From a virus, in the IMG/VR virus record IMGVR_UViG_3300034061_000981, positions 32,001 to 96,000 of that record: a DNA stretch of 64,000 nt; one strand, written 5' to 3'. The position numbers and the translations under genes were made by a program. Positions 1-11,119 of this stretch are shown one piece after another. The notes below the pieces were generated by a model. The model was not told the origin of the DNA, made no database searches, and saw only the letters and a program-made list of their open reading frames with translations. Each line of letters opens with the position of its first letter. The first letter of the stretch is position 1.

Positions 1-783
1 ATAGGAACACTAGAAACTCAAGTTATTACAACCGGAGCCGCAAATGCAGCCGGCACATTAACAGGTACGTGGACTGCAAATGGTGGATTAGCAGGTAATA
101 CAATGATTGTTACTGGTGGAAACATTTATGCGGCAACTGGTATTAAAGTTAATCCACTTAACTTATATGATTTAACAGGTAATGTAATTACGTTTACTGG
201 CACTTATACCAATGGTAACGTATTTGATTATCTAACTGGTTCTAATTCTATAACTAGTTTCAATGGAACATTAGGCAGTATAGCAAGACCTATATCAAGT
301 ATTACAACAGCAAATATTACAACTGGTGGTAATACAACCGGAGGTCAAATAACTGGCAATTGGCAATTAACATCCGGGTCAAGATTACAAGCAACATACG
401 CTGACTTAGCAGAACGTTTTGAAGCAGATGCATATTACGATGCTGGTACTGTTGTTGAATTGGGTGGTATAAAAGAAATTACATCAGTTCAATATGAATT
501 ATCAGAAGATGTATTTGGTGTAGTTTCTGATACTGCGGCCTATTTAATGAACTCTGGTGCAGGATCAGATGAAACTCATCCACCAATCGCAGTTTCTGGT
601 CGTGTTCAAGTTAAAGTTACTGGTATAGTTAAAAAAGGTCAACGTTTAGTAAGTGCAGGCAATGGTATTGCACGTGCGGCATTACCAAGTGAAGCGACTG
701 CATTTAATACAATCGGTCGTTCATTGGTTGATAAATTAGATGAAAAAGTTGGTACTGTACTAGCGATGGTAACAATAAAATAA
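1..783 (+). CDS. Tail fibre/structural protein, C-terminal part (5' truncated by window), with intramolecular chaperone-like C-terminus
   Basis: Frame 1 is open from base 1; G/T/N-rich; C-terminal YADLAERFEAD..GTVV.LGG..FGVVS..G.V.VKV.G motif typical of phage fibre chaperone tails. Confidence 0.7.
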   Translation: MGTLETQVITTGAANAAGTLTGTWTANGGLAGNTMIVTGGNIYAATGIKVNPLNLYDLTGNVITFTGTYTNGNVFDYLTGSNSITSFNGTLGSIARPISSITTANITTGGNTTGGQITGNWQLTSGSRLQATYADLAERFEADAYYDAGTVVELGGIKEITSVQYELSEDVFGVVSDTAAYLMNSGAGSDETHPPIAVSGRVQVKVTGIVKKGQRLVSAGNGIARAALPSEATAFNTIGRSLVDKLDEKVGTVLAMVTIK

Positions 784-793
784 GGAATAAAGA

Positions 794-1747
794 ATGTCAT
801 ACGCACAATTTGATTTAATTCAAGCAACCGACTATAATACATTAGTGGGAACAAACCCCAATACAACGTCAGGTACACTTAATACAGTTTGGTCTACTGG
901 TGGAACAACTGCCGGTTATGGTCAAACAGCACTTGCTACTGTAGCAGTAGCGCAAATTGTGGGAGCCAACGAATGGGCAAACTTAGTTAATAGAACTTCT
1001 AATTCAGCAACACATCAAGGCACTTCTATCACTAGTGTTACTGCTCCTGTTGCAGGAAATGTTGTAACATTTGTATCTGCTATACCCACAAACTTAACAA
1101 CAATTTATAACAGTCGTCTAAATGCCGCAACACAAGGAGCAACAACTGCAAATACAGCAACATTTGGTAGTACATGGTCAGCCGCATTGACATTTACTCA
1201 TACTGTTACATTTGCTAACGGTGATGCCGCACGATATTTCTTTAATTCAGGCGGACAATTAAAACTAACATGTTCTAATCCTAACAGCACAGCAGGTATT
1301 AACTTATTGTTTAATAACTTATGTTCTAATGTTGGTACAATTGTTCAAAGTGCACCTACTTCTGGTGCAGTAACTATTTCTGGTGTAAGCTATAATGGTA
1401 TTACTAAAATTGGTGGTGGTGGCAATGCTCCTACTATTAGTGCAGGTTCTGGTTATTATGCTATGACTACATCTAACGCTACCGTATTCACACAAACTGC
1501 CTCAACGGGTCCATCTGGTTATTTAGGTACGTTCATTCGTGTAATTGCTAGATCAAACGGTACTCAAGGTTCAAACGGTGATTCTGGTTCTGTTATTACA
1601 CTGCATACGATTTGGGATGAGGTTCCAGATGGTTTAGTAGTTGGTACTGGTTCTGCCGTAACTGTTACAGCCCAAGCTCCAGAAACAACGAATTTGGCTA
1701 ACACTTGGGGAACAATTACTATAGCCGGTTCAGTATCAGGCTCATAA
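794..1747 (+). CDS. Putative tail/virion structural protein (paralog A)
   Basis: 317 aa, T/S/G/N-rich, SD TAAGGA, follows fibre gene, paralogous to 1769..2728. Confidence 0.6.
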   Translation: MSYAQFDLIQATDYNTLVGTNPNTTSGTLNTVWSTGGTTAGYGQTALATVAVAQIVGANEWANLVNRTSNSATHQGTSITSVTAPVAGNVVTFVSAIPTNLTTIYNSRLNAATQGATTANTATFGSTWSAALTFTHTVTFANGDAARYFFNSGGQLKLTCSNPNSTAGINLLFNNLCSNVGTIVQSAPTSGAVTISGVSYNGITKIGGGGNAPTISAGSGYYAMTTSNATVFTQTASTGPSGYLGTFIRVIARSNGTQGSNGDSGSVITLHTIWDEVPDGLVVGTGSAVTVTAQAPETTNLANTWGTITIAGSVSGS

Positions 1748-1768
1748 TTCTAACTAGTACATACTATA

Positions 1769-2728
1769 ATGACTTATGCACTGTACGGCAATATTGCATC
1801 TTTTGATTATAATACTTTAGTTGGAACTAACCCGTCTACTAGTTCAGGTGCATTAAACAGTGTTTGGGCCATTGGTGGAAATAATGCTGGTTATGGTCAA
1901 CCAGCATTAGCGCAAGTCGCATACAGTAGTAGAATTAATTCTTCTAATTGGGCAAATTTAATAAACACTACTGGTACAGTTGCTACACATCAAGGTACCT
2001 CTATTACTAGTATTACTGCGCCCGCTCTCAATGGGCCAATTCCATATATAGCCGCCCTTCCTACTAACTTAACATCTATATATAATAGTAGACTGAATGC
2101 CGCAACTCAAGGTGCTACTACTGCTAATACAGCAACTTACAACAGCACATGGAGCAACGTATTAATATTTACACACACTATTTCTTTTGCAAATGGTGAT
2201 GCCACAAGATACTTCTTTAACGCAGGTGGGCAACTAAAAGTAACATGCTCACATGCTAACAACATTGCAGGTATTAATTTATTAATGCATAATTTAGCAA
2301 GTAATATTGGTACAGTTGTTATGAGTTCCCCAACGTCAGGTTCAATTACTGTATCCGGTGCTAGTTATAATGGTGTTACTAAAGTTGGGGGAGGGTTACC
2401 GGCCCCCACAATTTCACCGGATAAGGGTTATTATGCAATGACTACTGCCAACACTAATATATTCACACAGACAGCCAGCACAGGACCTGCTTACTATTTA
2501 AATACAAATATTTCAATAATTGCTAAATCAAATGGAACACAAGGTTCAAATCAAGATGCCGGTAACGTAATTACACTTTACACCGTTTGGGATGAAATTT
2601 CATTAGGTTCTGTCGCCGTAGTAGGAGCCGGCTCAAGTACTACTGTCACTGTACAAGCACCCGAAACAACAAATTTGGCTAACTCTTGGGGCCCAATAAA
2701 TATTACCGGTACTGTATTCGGTTCATAA
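1769..2728 (+). CDS. Putative tail/virion structural protein (paralog B)
   Basis: Shares DYNTLVGTNP, YNSRLNAATQGATTANTAT, RYFFN.GGQLK and QAPETTNLAN with 794..1747. Confidence 0.6.
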   Translation: MTYALYGNIASFDYNTLVGTNPSTSSGALNSVWAIGGNNAGYGQPALAQVAYSSRINSSNWANLINTTGTVATHQGTSITSITAPALNGPIPYIAALPTNLTSIYNSRLNAATQGATTANTATYNSTWSNVLIFTHTISFANGDATRYFFNAGGQLKVTCSHANNIAGINLLMHNLASNIGTVVMSSPTSGSITVSGASYNGVTKVGGGLPAPTISPDKGYYAMTTANTNIFTQTASTGPAYYLNTNISIIAKSNGTQGSNQDAGNVITLYTVWDEISLGSVAVVGAGSSTTVTVQAPETTNLANSWGPINITGTVFGS

Positions 2729-2755
2729 TTTTTTAACATCACCTTTGTATCTATC

Positions 2756-2761
2756 TAAATA
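2756..2761 (+). promoter_or_regulatory. Putative late promoter core (TAAATA) for the sugar-tailoring operon
   Basis: Intergenic TAAATA upstream of SD TAGGAG; same motif precedes terminase and structural genes; resembles T4 late TATAAATA. Confidence 0.5.
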
Positions 2762-2776
2762 CTCGTAGGAGCCTAT

Positions 2777-3085
2777 ATGGATACAAAAACATTAATAGCA
2801 GAAGCCAAAGCTCGCTTCGCACATAACTCAGCTAAAGCATATCTTAAAGACAAATATGACAGCAAATTAATTGTTGCTGATCAAGGTGGTCTATGGCGAG
2901 CTGACCGACAAACCATTTCTTTTCTAAATTCAATGAGCAATGACAATTACATTGTTGTAATTGATACCTTTGATAACCCAGTTCAAGTTAGTCGTGAAAA
3001 GTTATTGGAAACATTAACAACTACATATAATGCAGTTATGCTTGAATGGCATAAAGAATGGTCTGAACTAGAGAAAAAAAGATGA
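2777..3085 (+). CDS. Hypothetical protein
   Basis: 102 aa, good SD, ATGA overlap with next gene. Confidence 0.75.
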   Translation: MDTKTLIAEAKARFAHNSAKAYLKDKYDSKLIVADQGGLWRADRQTISFLNSMSNDNYIVVIDTFDNPVQVSREKLLETLTTTYNAVMLEWHKEWSELEKKR

Positions 3086-3885
3086 GCAAAGGTGCATTAC
3101 TATTTGCGTTTAATTCACCTAAGTACAACTACTATGAAATGGCAGTTGCTACAGCCAAACGAATTAATCATTTTTTAAATTTACCTGTTACTATAGTGAC
3201 TGATGAAAAGTCATTACCCGACGTTAGTGATTACACTTTTGATAAAACTATTCTAACTACAGCAGATGCGTCTAATAAACGTGATTGGGGAGTTTGGATC
3301 AATAAAGGAAGATTTCAAGCGTATGATTTAAGTCCATACGATGAAACGTTATTGTTAGATACTGATTATATGGTAAATTCTGATAAGTTAATAAAAACAT
3401 TTGAATTACCAACTGATTTTTGTTGCCACGACAATACTAGTTTTTTAATGCACCCCTCGGTTCCACAAGAGGTATTAAGTGTATATAGTTTCAAAACGTT
3501 ATGGGCTACAGCCGTTAATTTTAAGAAAACTAAACGTGCTAAATCAATATTTGATTCGTTAAAAATGATTCAAAATAATTTTGATCATTATGCAAACATA
3601 CATGGATTTATATCAGTTACTTTTCGCAATGATTATGCATTGACTTTAGCAACACGTATTGTCAACGGACACACCACAGTACCTGAAGATATAATACCTT
3701 GGAATTTAGTTCACGTTGGTAAAAATACAACAGTGTATAGAAATAGTGACGACCCATTAAACACCGAATATACTGTTATGTTTGATAATTGGGTTAGGGG
3801 TAAAATTCGTAAAGAATATACTATTATTAAAAATATGGATTTTCATGTTATGAATAAAGAAAACTTTATGGAGTTAATTAAATGA
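3082..3885 (+). CDS. GT-A fold nucleotide-sugar transferase
   Basis: SPYDETLLLDTD (DXD motif), RNDYAL. Confidence 0.7.
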   Translation: MSKGALLFAFNSPKYNYYEMAVATAKRINHFLNLPVTIVTDEKSLPDVSDYTFDKTILTTADASNKRDWGVWINKGRFQAYDLSPYDETLLLDTDYMVNSDKLIKTFELPTDFCCHDNTSFLMHPSVPQEVLSVYSFKTLWATAVNFKKTKRAKSIFDSLKMIQNNFDHYANIHGFISVTFRNDYALTLATRIVNGHTTVPEDIIPWNLVHVGKNTTVYRNSDDPLNTEYTVMFDNWVRGKIRKEYTIIKNMDFHVMNKENFMELIK

Positions 3886-4637
3886 CAAGAGGATTTGTTA
3901 TTATGGCTCAGGGACAAGATTATGTCAAATGTGCCACTGCTCTTACGGCAAGTATAAAACGAGTTATGCCTAATGCTGATATAACCGTTGTTACTACAAA
4001 AATGTTGCCATATGGTGATCAGGCGCCCAATACTAATTGGAAACTTCAAAATGACTGGCAAGTATATGAAGCAAGTCCATATGACGAAACTATTAAATTA
4101 GAAGCAGATATGTACATACCACGCAACATTGACCACTGGTGGGATATATTGTCACCGCAGGATGTTGTAGTATCTAGTCATATAAGAAACTTTAAACAAG
4201 AAATATCGGATGTTAGAATGTATCGTAGATTTATTGATGACAATAATTTACCTGACGCATATAACGCAATTACATATTTTAAAAAGTCAGACACCGCAAA
4301 ACAATTTTTTAATATTGTAAGAGATGTTTTTGAGAATTGGGAAGAGTATAAGGAAATATTAAAATGTAATCCACAAGAAATAGCAACCACTGATTGGGCA
4401 TATGCTATTGCTTGTCATGTTATGGGCATTGAAAAAACAATGCTACCATCATTTACAGAAATGTCAATGGTACATATGAAACAATATATTAATGGAACAT
4501 CTACTGAAAATTGGACTGATACATTTATATATGAGTGTTTACCAAATCAAATTAGAGTACAAACAGTCCCACAACAGTATCCATTTCACTATCATATTAA
4601 GAACTTTTCTGATAAAATACTTGAAAGTATAAAATGA
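3882..4637 (+). CDS. GT-A fold nucleotide-sugar transferase paralog
   Basis: SPYDETIKLEAD (EXD variant); paralogous to 3082..3885. Confidence 0.65.
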   Translation: MTRGFVIMAQGQDYVKCATALTASIKRVMPNADITVVTTKMLPYGDQAPNTNWKLQNDWQVYEASPYDETIKLEADMYIPRNIDHWWDILSPQDVVVSSHIRNFKQEISDVRMYRRFIDDNNLPDAYNAITYFKKSDTAKQFFNIVRDVFENWEEYKEILKCNPQEIATTDWAYAIACHVMGIEKTMLPSFTEMSMVHMKQYINGTSTENWTDTFIYECLPNQIRVQTVPQQYPFHYHIKNFSDKILESIK

Positions 4638-4990
4638 ACACTGAAAACAACCAAGAAGAATATGTTATAATATGGGAACAGCCCAAGCTAGAACCACCTG
4701 AGTTTAGGTTATATTATGATGAACACGGTGCTGTTGTATGTTACACCGGAGATAAATCTACAACCGGTGATTATATAGTTATTGATGCACTTACATTTGC
4801 ACAAGCAAGACCTGACGTAAGAGTTATCAACGGCAAAATATCTACTGTTTATCCCAATGCGGTTGTGCATAAGTTAATGCCAAGTAAGGATGAGGGGATA
4901 GATTGTCATCCGGAAGATATAAGTATACTTGTTGATAAAAAAGATTACAATAAAAAACAAAAATGGAAACTAACTACATATGAACTCTGA
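4634..4990 (+). CDS. Hypothetical protein
   Basis: 118 aa ORF overlapping both neighbours. Confidence 0.7.
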   Translation: MNTENNQEEYVIIWEQPKLEPPEFRLYYDEHGAVVCYTGDKSTTGDYIVIDALTFAQARPDVRVINGKISTVYPNAVVHKLMPSKDEGIDCHPEDISILVDKKDYNKKQKWKLTTYEL

Positions 4991-5933
4991 AGATATTATT
5001 GACGTAGCAGATTTAGATTGTATCTATCTAAGCTACGATGAGCCACAGAAAGAAGAATTCTGGCTAAAGATTAAGAACATGGTGCCTTGGGCAAAACGTG
5101 TTGACGGTGTTAAAGGTAGTGATGCCGCACATAAAGCCGCAGGTGAAGCAAGTGATACCGAACGATTTATTTTAATTGACGGTGATAATATGCCTGATGA
5201 AGAATTTTTCAATATTCAATTAAACTTTACTGGTAAAGACCCGTCGTTTAAAAAAGCACAGTTTCGTTGGAAAGCAATAAACGCAATCAACGGTTTACGC
5301 TATGGCAATGGCGGTATGAGTAGCTGGACAAAAGAATACGTTGCTAAAATGAAAACTCACGAACATCAAACAGATGGTGATGTATCACGCATTGCTGACT
5401 TCTGTATGGGAGGCAATGATAATTTGTATTGGGCGATGTATAACTGCTATAGCACAACACATCCTAACTATACGCCATTTCAAGCATGGCGCGCAGGATT
5501 CCGTGAAGGGGTAAAGATGAGTTTAGACAGAGGTGCTAGACCAACAGTAGAACAATTTAAACAAACAGTAGCAACACGTAATTTAAACAATCTAACTATT
5601 TGGCACAACATCGGTCGTGATGTAGAGAACGGAGAGTGGGCTATTTATGGTGCTCGTCTTGGAACGTATATGACTATGTTGACTGAATGGGACCACGCAA
5701 ATGTGCAATGGTTTGATAACTATACAGTATTGTGGGAAGAACATATGAATAGAGACCCTGATCGTGAGTCAGCGTTGCTCGGAGCCGCACTGCATGACAA
5801 ATTGGGACTACCGATGAACCACTTTGACAGTGGACAAAGTAAATTCTTTAAGCGTCACTATAAAGCAGACTTTCATAATTTAGATCCTCTAGTAACTGAG
5901 ATGGATGTGATTCGTAGAATCGAAGGATGGTAA
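4980..5933 (+). CDS. GT-A-like glycosyltransferase
   Basis: YLSYDEP..RVDGVKG..AHKAA..FILIDGDN (DXD)..NGLRYG..AWRAGFREGVK; homologous to the C-terminal domain of 33255..38945. Confidence 0.6.
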   Translation: MNSEDIIDVADLDCIYLSYDEPQKEEFWLKIKNMVPWAKRVDGVKGSDAAHKAAGEASDTERFILIDGDNMPDEEFFNIQLNFTGKDPSFKKAQFRWKAINAINGLRYGNGGMSSWTKEYVAKMKTHEHQTDGDVSRIADFCMGGNDNLYWAMYNCYSTTHPNYTPFQAWRAGFREGVKMSLDRGARPTVEQFKQTVATRNLNNLTIWHNIGRDVENGEWAIYGARLGTYMTMLTEWDHANVQWFDNYTVLWEEHMNRDPDRESALLGAALHDKLGLPMNHFDSGQSKFFKRHYKADFHNLDPLVTEMDVIRRIEGW

Positions 5934-7327
5934 TGAGTAGCGAACAACAAAGAATTAAAGACATTAAGATTAAGATTGAGAACGAAGCAGGTCCTACATT
6001 TTGTCTTGCTAAATGGCATCACGTAACTATGTATTTGCAATCAGGTGAAACACATAGTTGTTATCACCCACAACCTCATAAAATTCCATTAGAAGAATTG
6101 AAAGATAATCCTTCAGCACTACACAATACACAATTCAAAAAAGATGAACGCAAAATGATGCTGGAAGGTGAAAAGCCAACAGGTTGTCAATATTGCTGGA
6201 ACATTGAAGCAATGGGCCCAGATTATATTAGTGATAGACACATTCGTAATGCTAGTATTTTTACAGAAGAACGCTATGAACAAACAACTAAAGGTGCATG
6301 GAATCAAAATATTAATCCAGAATACTTAGAAATCAACTTTGGTAACGAATGTAATTTCAAGTGCGGTTACTGTCATCCAAAATATTCAACTAGCTTTTAC
6401 AATGAGATTAAGAAGCATGGCCCTGTTACTACAGTAAAGAACCATCGTTGTGATGTTGATTGGATGACATTGTATCAGCGTGAAGAAGAAAACCCATACG
6501 TTGATGCATTCTGGGAGTGGTGGCCCGAACTACGCAAGACATTGAATATTATGCGTGTAACCGGTGGCGAACCTACGATGCACACTAGTACATGGAAATT
6601 GTTAAAAGAAATTGAACAAGATCCTATGCCTTGGTTAGAGTTGAATATAAACAGTAACTTAGGTACTAAGACTGCATTGGTTGAGAAACTAGCGCATAGT
6701 GTTAAAAAATTAGTAGACGATAAAAAAATTCGTGCATTCAAACTATTCACTAGCTTAGATACATGGGGTCCTAAGGCTGAATATATTCGTACAGGATTAG
6801 ATTTAGAATTGTGGGAAAAGAATTTCCATACGTATCTACAGAACACCGACAGCCCAATCACGTTTATGATTACTTTCAATATCTTTAGTGTTACTACATT
6901 TAAAGAATTCTTGGGTAAGTTTTTAGAATGGCGCAAACAATATGGTTGGTATGATGACCGAAAAGAACATCGTGTTCGGTTTGATACCCCTTACTTACGT
7001 GACCCTATTCAATACGATATGAACATTTTACCTAAGGACGAATTTATGCCTTACATGCGTGACGCATTATCATTCATGGAAGCTAATGTAGATGACAATC
7101 GTGCCGACGCATTTACTACTATTGAGTTTGAAAAATTCAAGCGTGTAGTTGACTACATGAATGAAACTAAATACTCAGACACAAAGTTAATTGAAGGTCG
7201 TAGAGATTTCTACAATTGGTTCAATGAATTAGATGAACGCAGGGATACAGATATGTTATCAGTTTTTCCTGAGTATATGAATTTTTATAGACTTTGCCAA
7301 GAAGTTAATCAATTGAATCCAAAATGA
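5933..7327 (+). CDS. Radical SAM protein with N-terminal twitch/SPASM-like domain
   Basis: CNFKCGYC; TGGEP; N-terminal FCLAKW..SCYH..CQYC; ATG at 5933 overlaps upstream stop. Confidence 0.9.
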   Translation: MSSEQQRIKDIKIKIENEAGPTFCLAKWHHVTMYLQSGETHSCYHPQPHKIPLEELKDNPSALHNTQFKKDERKMMLEGEKPTGCQYCWNIEAMGPDYISDRHIRNASIFTEERYEQTTKGAWNQNINPEYLEINFGNECNFKCGYCHPKYSTSFYNEIKKHGPVTTVKNHRCDVDWMTLYQREEENPYVDAFWEWWPELRKTLNIMRVTGGEPTMHTSTWKLLKEIEQDPMPWLELNINSNLGTKTALVEKLAHSVKKLVDDKKIRAFKLFTSLDTWGPKAEYIRTGLDLELWEKNFHTYLQNTDSPITFMITFNIFSVTTFKEFLGKFLEWRKQYGWYDDRKEHRVRFDTPYLRDPIQYDMNILPKDEFMPYMRDALSFMEANVDDNRADAFTTIEFEKFKRVVDYMNETKYSDTKLIEGRRDFYNWFNELDERRDTDMLSVFPEYMNFYRLCQEVNQLNPK

Positions 7328-8598
7328 GCAAGAAAAAAACTAAAATAACAGTTGAAGATTTATCTACTAGTAAGACACTATGTGTTGTGCCATGGATACA
7401 TATCCACACTAATCCTAGTGGCATTGCTACTCCTTGCTGTATCGCAGAATCGTGCACCAAACCCGAAGGTGTAGGAAACGCACGTGAACAATCATTGATG
7501 GAAATTGTTAATTCTGAATCAATGAAACAATTGCGTTTAGATATGTTAGCCGGAGTTAAAAATTCTGAATGTACCAAATGTTATGAACATGAGGATCAGG
7601 GTATAAAAAGTTTTAGAAATATGATTAACGATGAATTTAGTCATCACTATGATGCTATGAATTCAACAAAGAAAGATGGATCACTCAAAGAATTTAAAAT
7701 GAGATACTTTGATATCCGTTTTAATAACATTTGTAATTTTAAATGTAGAACATGTGGTTCAGGATTTAGTACTCAATGGGAACAAGAAGATTTAAAAAAT
7801 AAAGTTTGGAATGCAAAAGTCATTCCAAAGAATGATAATAAAAAATTCTTAGCAGAGGTAGTGGATCAAATTCCAAATATGGAAACAGCATACTTTGCCG
7901 GTGGCGAGCCACTAATTACCGAAGAACATTATATTCTACTAGAAGAAATGATTCGTAGTGGCAAGACTGATATCAAACTAAGATATAATACTAACTTAAG
8001 CAATCTTAAATTTAAAGACAAAGACCTGTTGTCCTTGTGGAAACACTTTGAAAAGGGTGTAGATGTTTATGCAAGTATTGACCATTACGGTGAACGTGCA
8101 GAATATATTCGTCACGGAACTGATTGGGGTGTAGTTGAATCTAACTTCAACTTAGTTAAAAAAACATCCTTCATAAAACTACACATGAATACCGTATTAA
8201 GTGTATTCAACGTTTTAACTATAAATGAATTCTATCAGTATCTATATGATAATAATATGTACTCAAACAAAGATTCAGTATATATGTTATATAATATGTC
8301 AACTCCGGAATTTTTAGCATGTCATATATTGCCACCTGATTTAAAAATCAAAGCTAAAGAAAGTTTAGAACAGACTGTTAAGTTTTTAAAATCTAAAAAA
8401 TTTAAAGTACACCAAATAAAACAGATAACAGATGCTATTCCTTGGGCTATGTCTAAGGATTCTTGGGAACAACAAAAAATGAATTTTAGAAGTGAAGTCA
8501 AAAGATTAGATAAAATTAGAGATGAAAACTTTAAACAGACATTTCCTGAATTAGCTATGTTATTAGAACCCGAATACAAAAGATTGTGGCCAGTATGA
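7324..8598 (+). CDS. Radical SAM protein with N-terminal twitch/SPASM-like domain
   Basis: CVVPW.H..PCC..CTKC; CNFKCRTC; AGGEP. Confidence 0.9.
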   Translation: MSKKKTKITVEDLSTSKTLCVVPWIHIHTNPSGIATPCCIAESCTKPEGVGNAREQSLMEIVNSESMKQLRLDMLAGVKNSECTKCYEHEDQGIKSFRNMINDEFSHHYDAMNSTKKDGSLKEFKMRYFDIRFNNICNFKCRTCGSGFSTQWEQEDLKNKVWNAKVIPKNDNKKFLAEVVDQIPNMETAYFAGGEPLITEEHYILLEEMIRSGKTDIKLRYNTNLSNLKFKDKDLLSLWKHFEKGVDVYASIDHYGERAEYIRHGTDWGVVESNFNLVKKTSFIKLHMNTVLSVFNVLTINEFYQYLYDNNMYSNKDSVYMLYNMSTPEFLACHILPPDLKIKAKESLEQTVKFLKSKKFKVHQIKQITDAIPWAMSKDSWEQQKMNFRSEVKRLDKIRDENFKQTFPELAMLLEPEYKRLWPV

Positions 8599-9845
8599 AC
8601 AAAGATTATCTATCCAAGATGAACAAAAATTATTTATTAAACGAGAGCAAGACTTTTTGCATGTTCCCTTGGGTACATTTAAATGTGACACCAAAAGGTG
8701 ATATCTATCCTTGCTGTAGTAACGACTACACAAAACCATTTGGTAATACAAAAGAAACTTCATTAAAAGAAGCATTCAACAGTCCGCAAATGAAACAGTT
8801 GCGTTTGGACATGTTAGCTGATAAGAAAAATGATATATGTAACTTTTGTTATAAACACGAAGAAGCAGGACCTCATTCATTTAGAAACTATAGCAAAGAA
8901 CAATTTGCTAAACACTATGATGAAACAATTCCTACAACACTAGATGACGGAACTGTTCCCGAATTCAAAATGCATTATTTTGATATTCGTTTCAGTAATA
9001 TTTGTAACTTTAAATGTAGAACATGCGGGTCAGAGTTTAGTAGTCAATGGGGAGCAGAGATGCGAGCCAATCACGATCCAAAACATCCTATTGTTATTCA
9101 TGCCGATGAAAAGGGTAATCTATTACGTGAAGTATTGGAACAAGTAGAACATATTGATTTAGCATACTTTGCTGGTGGTGAACCTACATTGACCGAAGAA
9201 CATTATATAATGCTTGAAGAAATGATTCGTAAAGGTCGTAGTGATATTGTTCTACGATACAACACTAACGCTAGTAACATTAAGTTCAAAGACTATGACT
9301 TACTAGATATGTGGAAGTACTTTAAAAAGATTGAATTGAGTTGTAGTATTGACCATTATGGTGAAAGAGCAGAATGGTTACGTCATGGAACTGATTGGGG
9401 TGTAGTAGAGTCCAATCTATTAAAGTTCCGTGAACTAGATTATGTTAGTTTTCAAATGAATACGGTATTCAGCATCTTTAACTATAGTACAATCGGTGAG
9501 TTCTATCAGTATTTAAAAGATAAGAATATTATCCGCAGAGAAGATTGGTATCATAGTTTGTACTTGGCTGTACACCCTAGCTATTATTCTGGTAAGAGTT
9601 TGCCCAAAGAATTAAAAGTAGAAGCCGCAGAAAAGGCATTGGCTTGGGCAAAGGCTAATGAAGGTGATGGTACATCACTAAGTAGATTAGTGACTGATGC
9701 TGTAAACTTTGCGGCAGATGATGATACTTGGACTGAAAATAAAGAAACATTCTTTTTACATACAGGTTCAGGAGATAGAATTCGAGGTGAAAGTTTCTGG
9801 AAAACGTTTCCTGAATTAAATAAATTACGTGATTTAACGGAGTAA
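8595..9845 (+). CDS. Radical SAM protein with N-terminal twitch/SPASM-like domain
   Basis: CMFPW.H..PCC..CNFC; CNFKCRTC; AGGEP; ATG at 8595 gives ATGA overlap. Confidence 0.9.
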   Translation: MNKDYLSKMNKNYLLNESKTFCMFPWVHLNVTPKGDIYPCCSNDYTKPFGNTKETSLKEAFNSPQMKQLRLDMLADKKNDICNFCYKHEEAGPHSFRNYSKEQFAKHYDETIPTTLDDGTVPEFKMHYFDIRFSNICNFKCRTCGSEFSSQWGAEMRANHDPKHPIVIHADEKGNLLREVLEQVEHIDLAYFAGGEPTLTEEHYIMLEEMIRKGRSDIVLRYNTNASNIKFKDYDLLDMWKYFKKIELSCSIDHYGERAEWLRHGTDWGVVESNLLKFRELDYVSFQMNTVFSIFNYSTIGEFYQYLKDKNIIRREDWYHSLYLAVHPSYYSGKSLPKELKVEAAEKALAWAKANEGDGTSLSRLVTDAVNFAADDDTWTENKETFFLHTGSGDRIRGESFWKTFPELNKLRDLTE

Positions 9846-9847
9846 TA

Positions 9848-11119
9848 ATGCAAGATTCAATTGTTGTAGAAAATTTAGTAAAACATGGTAAACATTTTTG
9901 TGTGTTACCCTGGGTCCACTTTCATTCATGGCCAGATGGTCGAGTGATGCCATGTTGTGTTGCTGACAGCGGAATGCCTGTAGCTGAAATAAAAGAAGAA
10001 GAATCAATCATCCAAATGATGAATAGTGATGACTTCAAAAAGATTCGTTCAGCTATGCTTAACGATGAACCAGTAGAAGCGTGTAAGCGTTGCTATGACT
10101 TAGAGTTAATGGGTACATGGACAATGCGTCAAAGTCACAATAAGCGCAAAGGTCTTGAATACGTCAAAGAAATTAGTGAAATAACAAGTGATGACGGTAC
10201 CATTAGTGACTTTAAAATGAAATACATGGACTTACGTTTTAGTAACATGTGTAATATGAAATGTCGCAGTTGTGGCCCTGGTTGCTCAAGTCTATGGGCA
10301 CAAGAATTTTTAGACGAACGAGGTGAAGAAGTATTTGAACAATACTTCAAAACAAAAAAGATTGTTATTAACAAAGCAGATGAAGTTGGATTCTTAGCTA
10401 AACTAAAACCATACTTGAAAGACGTTACTGAAGTATATTTTGCTGGTGGTGAAATTATTATTACTCCTGAACACTATGAGTGTTTAGACTATTGGATTGA
10501 TAACGGATTGAACGAACAGATTGAGTTAACATACACAACTAACTTTAGCTCATTGAAGTACAAAGACAAAGACTTAATCGGTTATTGGAAGAAGTTTCCC
10601 AAGCTCAAAATTTGGGCTAGCTTAGACGGCATGGGCGAGACAGCAGAATTGATTCGTAAAGGTACTGACTGGGATCGTATTGTTAAAAACATCAAAGCAG
10701 TTAAAGAACAAGTGCCACATGCTGAGTTCCAAATCACTCCTACAATTAGCATCTGGAATGTGTTCCACTTCCCTGACTTTTTTGACTACATGATTGACAA
10801 TGGGTTCATTGATACTAAGAGTAGCCCGCGTTTTAATCTAGCAACTAATCCATGGTACGCAAACATTATGATTCTTCCTGTGTCTGTTAAGCGCAGACTA
10901 GCTGAATTATATCGTGTATATCAGAACAAGTATAAAGACAACCAAGATATCTATAACGGCTTTAAGATGATTATCTACAATTTGACAGTTGGTGATGAAA
11001 ACAAAGGTGGTATCTTAGAATTTAAACAGTTCAACGATGAGTTGGATCAATTTAGAGATGAGAAGTTTGAGGACATTTGTCCAGAAATTAAAGAGGTATA
11101 TGAATGGGCAAAAAGCTAA
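9848..11119 (+). CDS. Radical SAM protein with N-terminal twitch/SPASM-like domain
   Basis: CVLPW.H..PCC..CKRC; CNMKCRSC; AGGE. Confidence 0.9.
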   Translation: MQDSIVVENLVKHGKHFCVLPWVHFHSWPDGRVMPCCVADSGMPVAEIKEEESIIQMMNSDDFKKIRSAMLNDEPVEACKRCYDLELMGTWTMRQSHNKRKGLEYVKEISEITSDDGTISDFKMKYMDLRFSNMCNMKCRSCGPGCSSLWAQEFLDERGEEVFEQYFKTKKIVINKADEVGFLAKLKPYLKDVTEVYFAGGEIIITPEHYECLDYWIDNGLNEQIELTYTTNFSSLKYKDKDLIGYWKKFPKLKIWASLDGMGETAELIRKGTDWDRIVKNIKAVKEQVPHAEFQITPTISIWNVFHFPDFFDYMIDNGFIDTKSSPRFNLATNPWYANIMILPVSVKRRLAELYRVYQNKYKDNQDIYNGFKMIIYNLTVGDENKGGILEFKQFNDELDQFRDEKFEDICPEIKEVYEWAKS

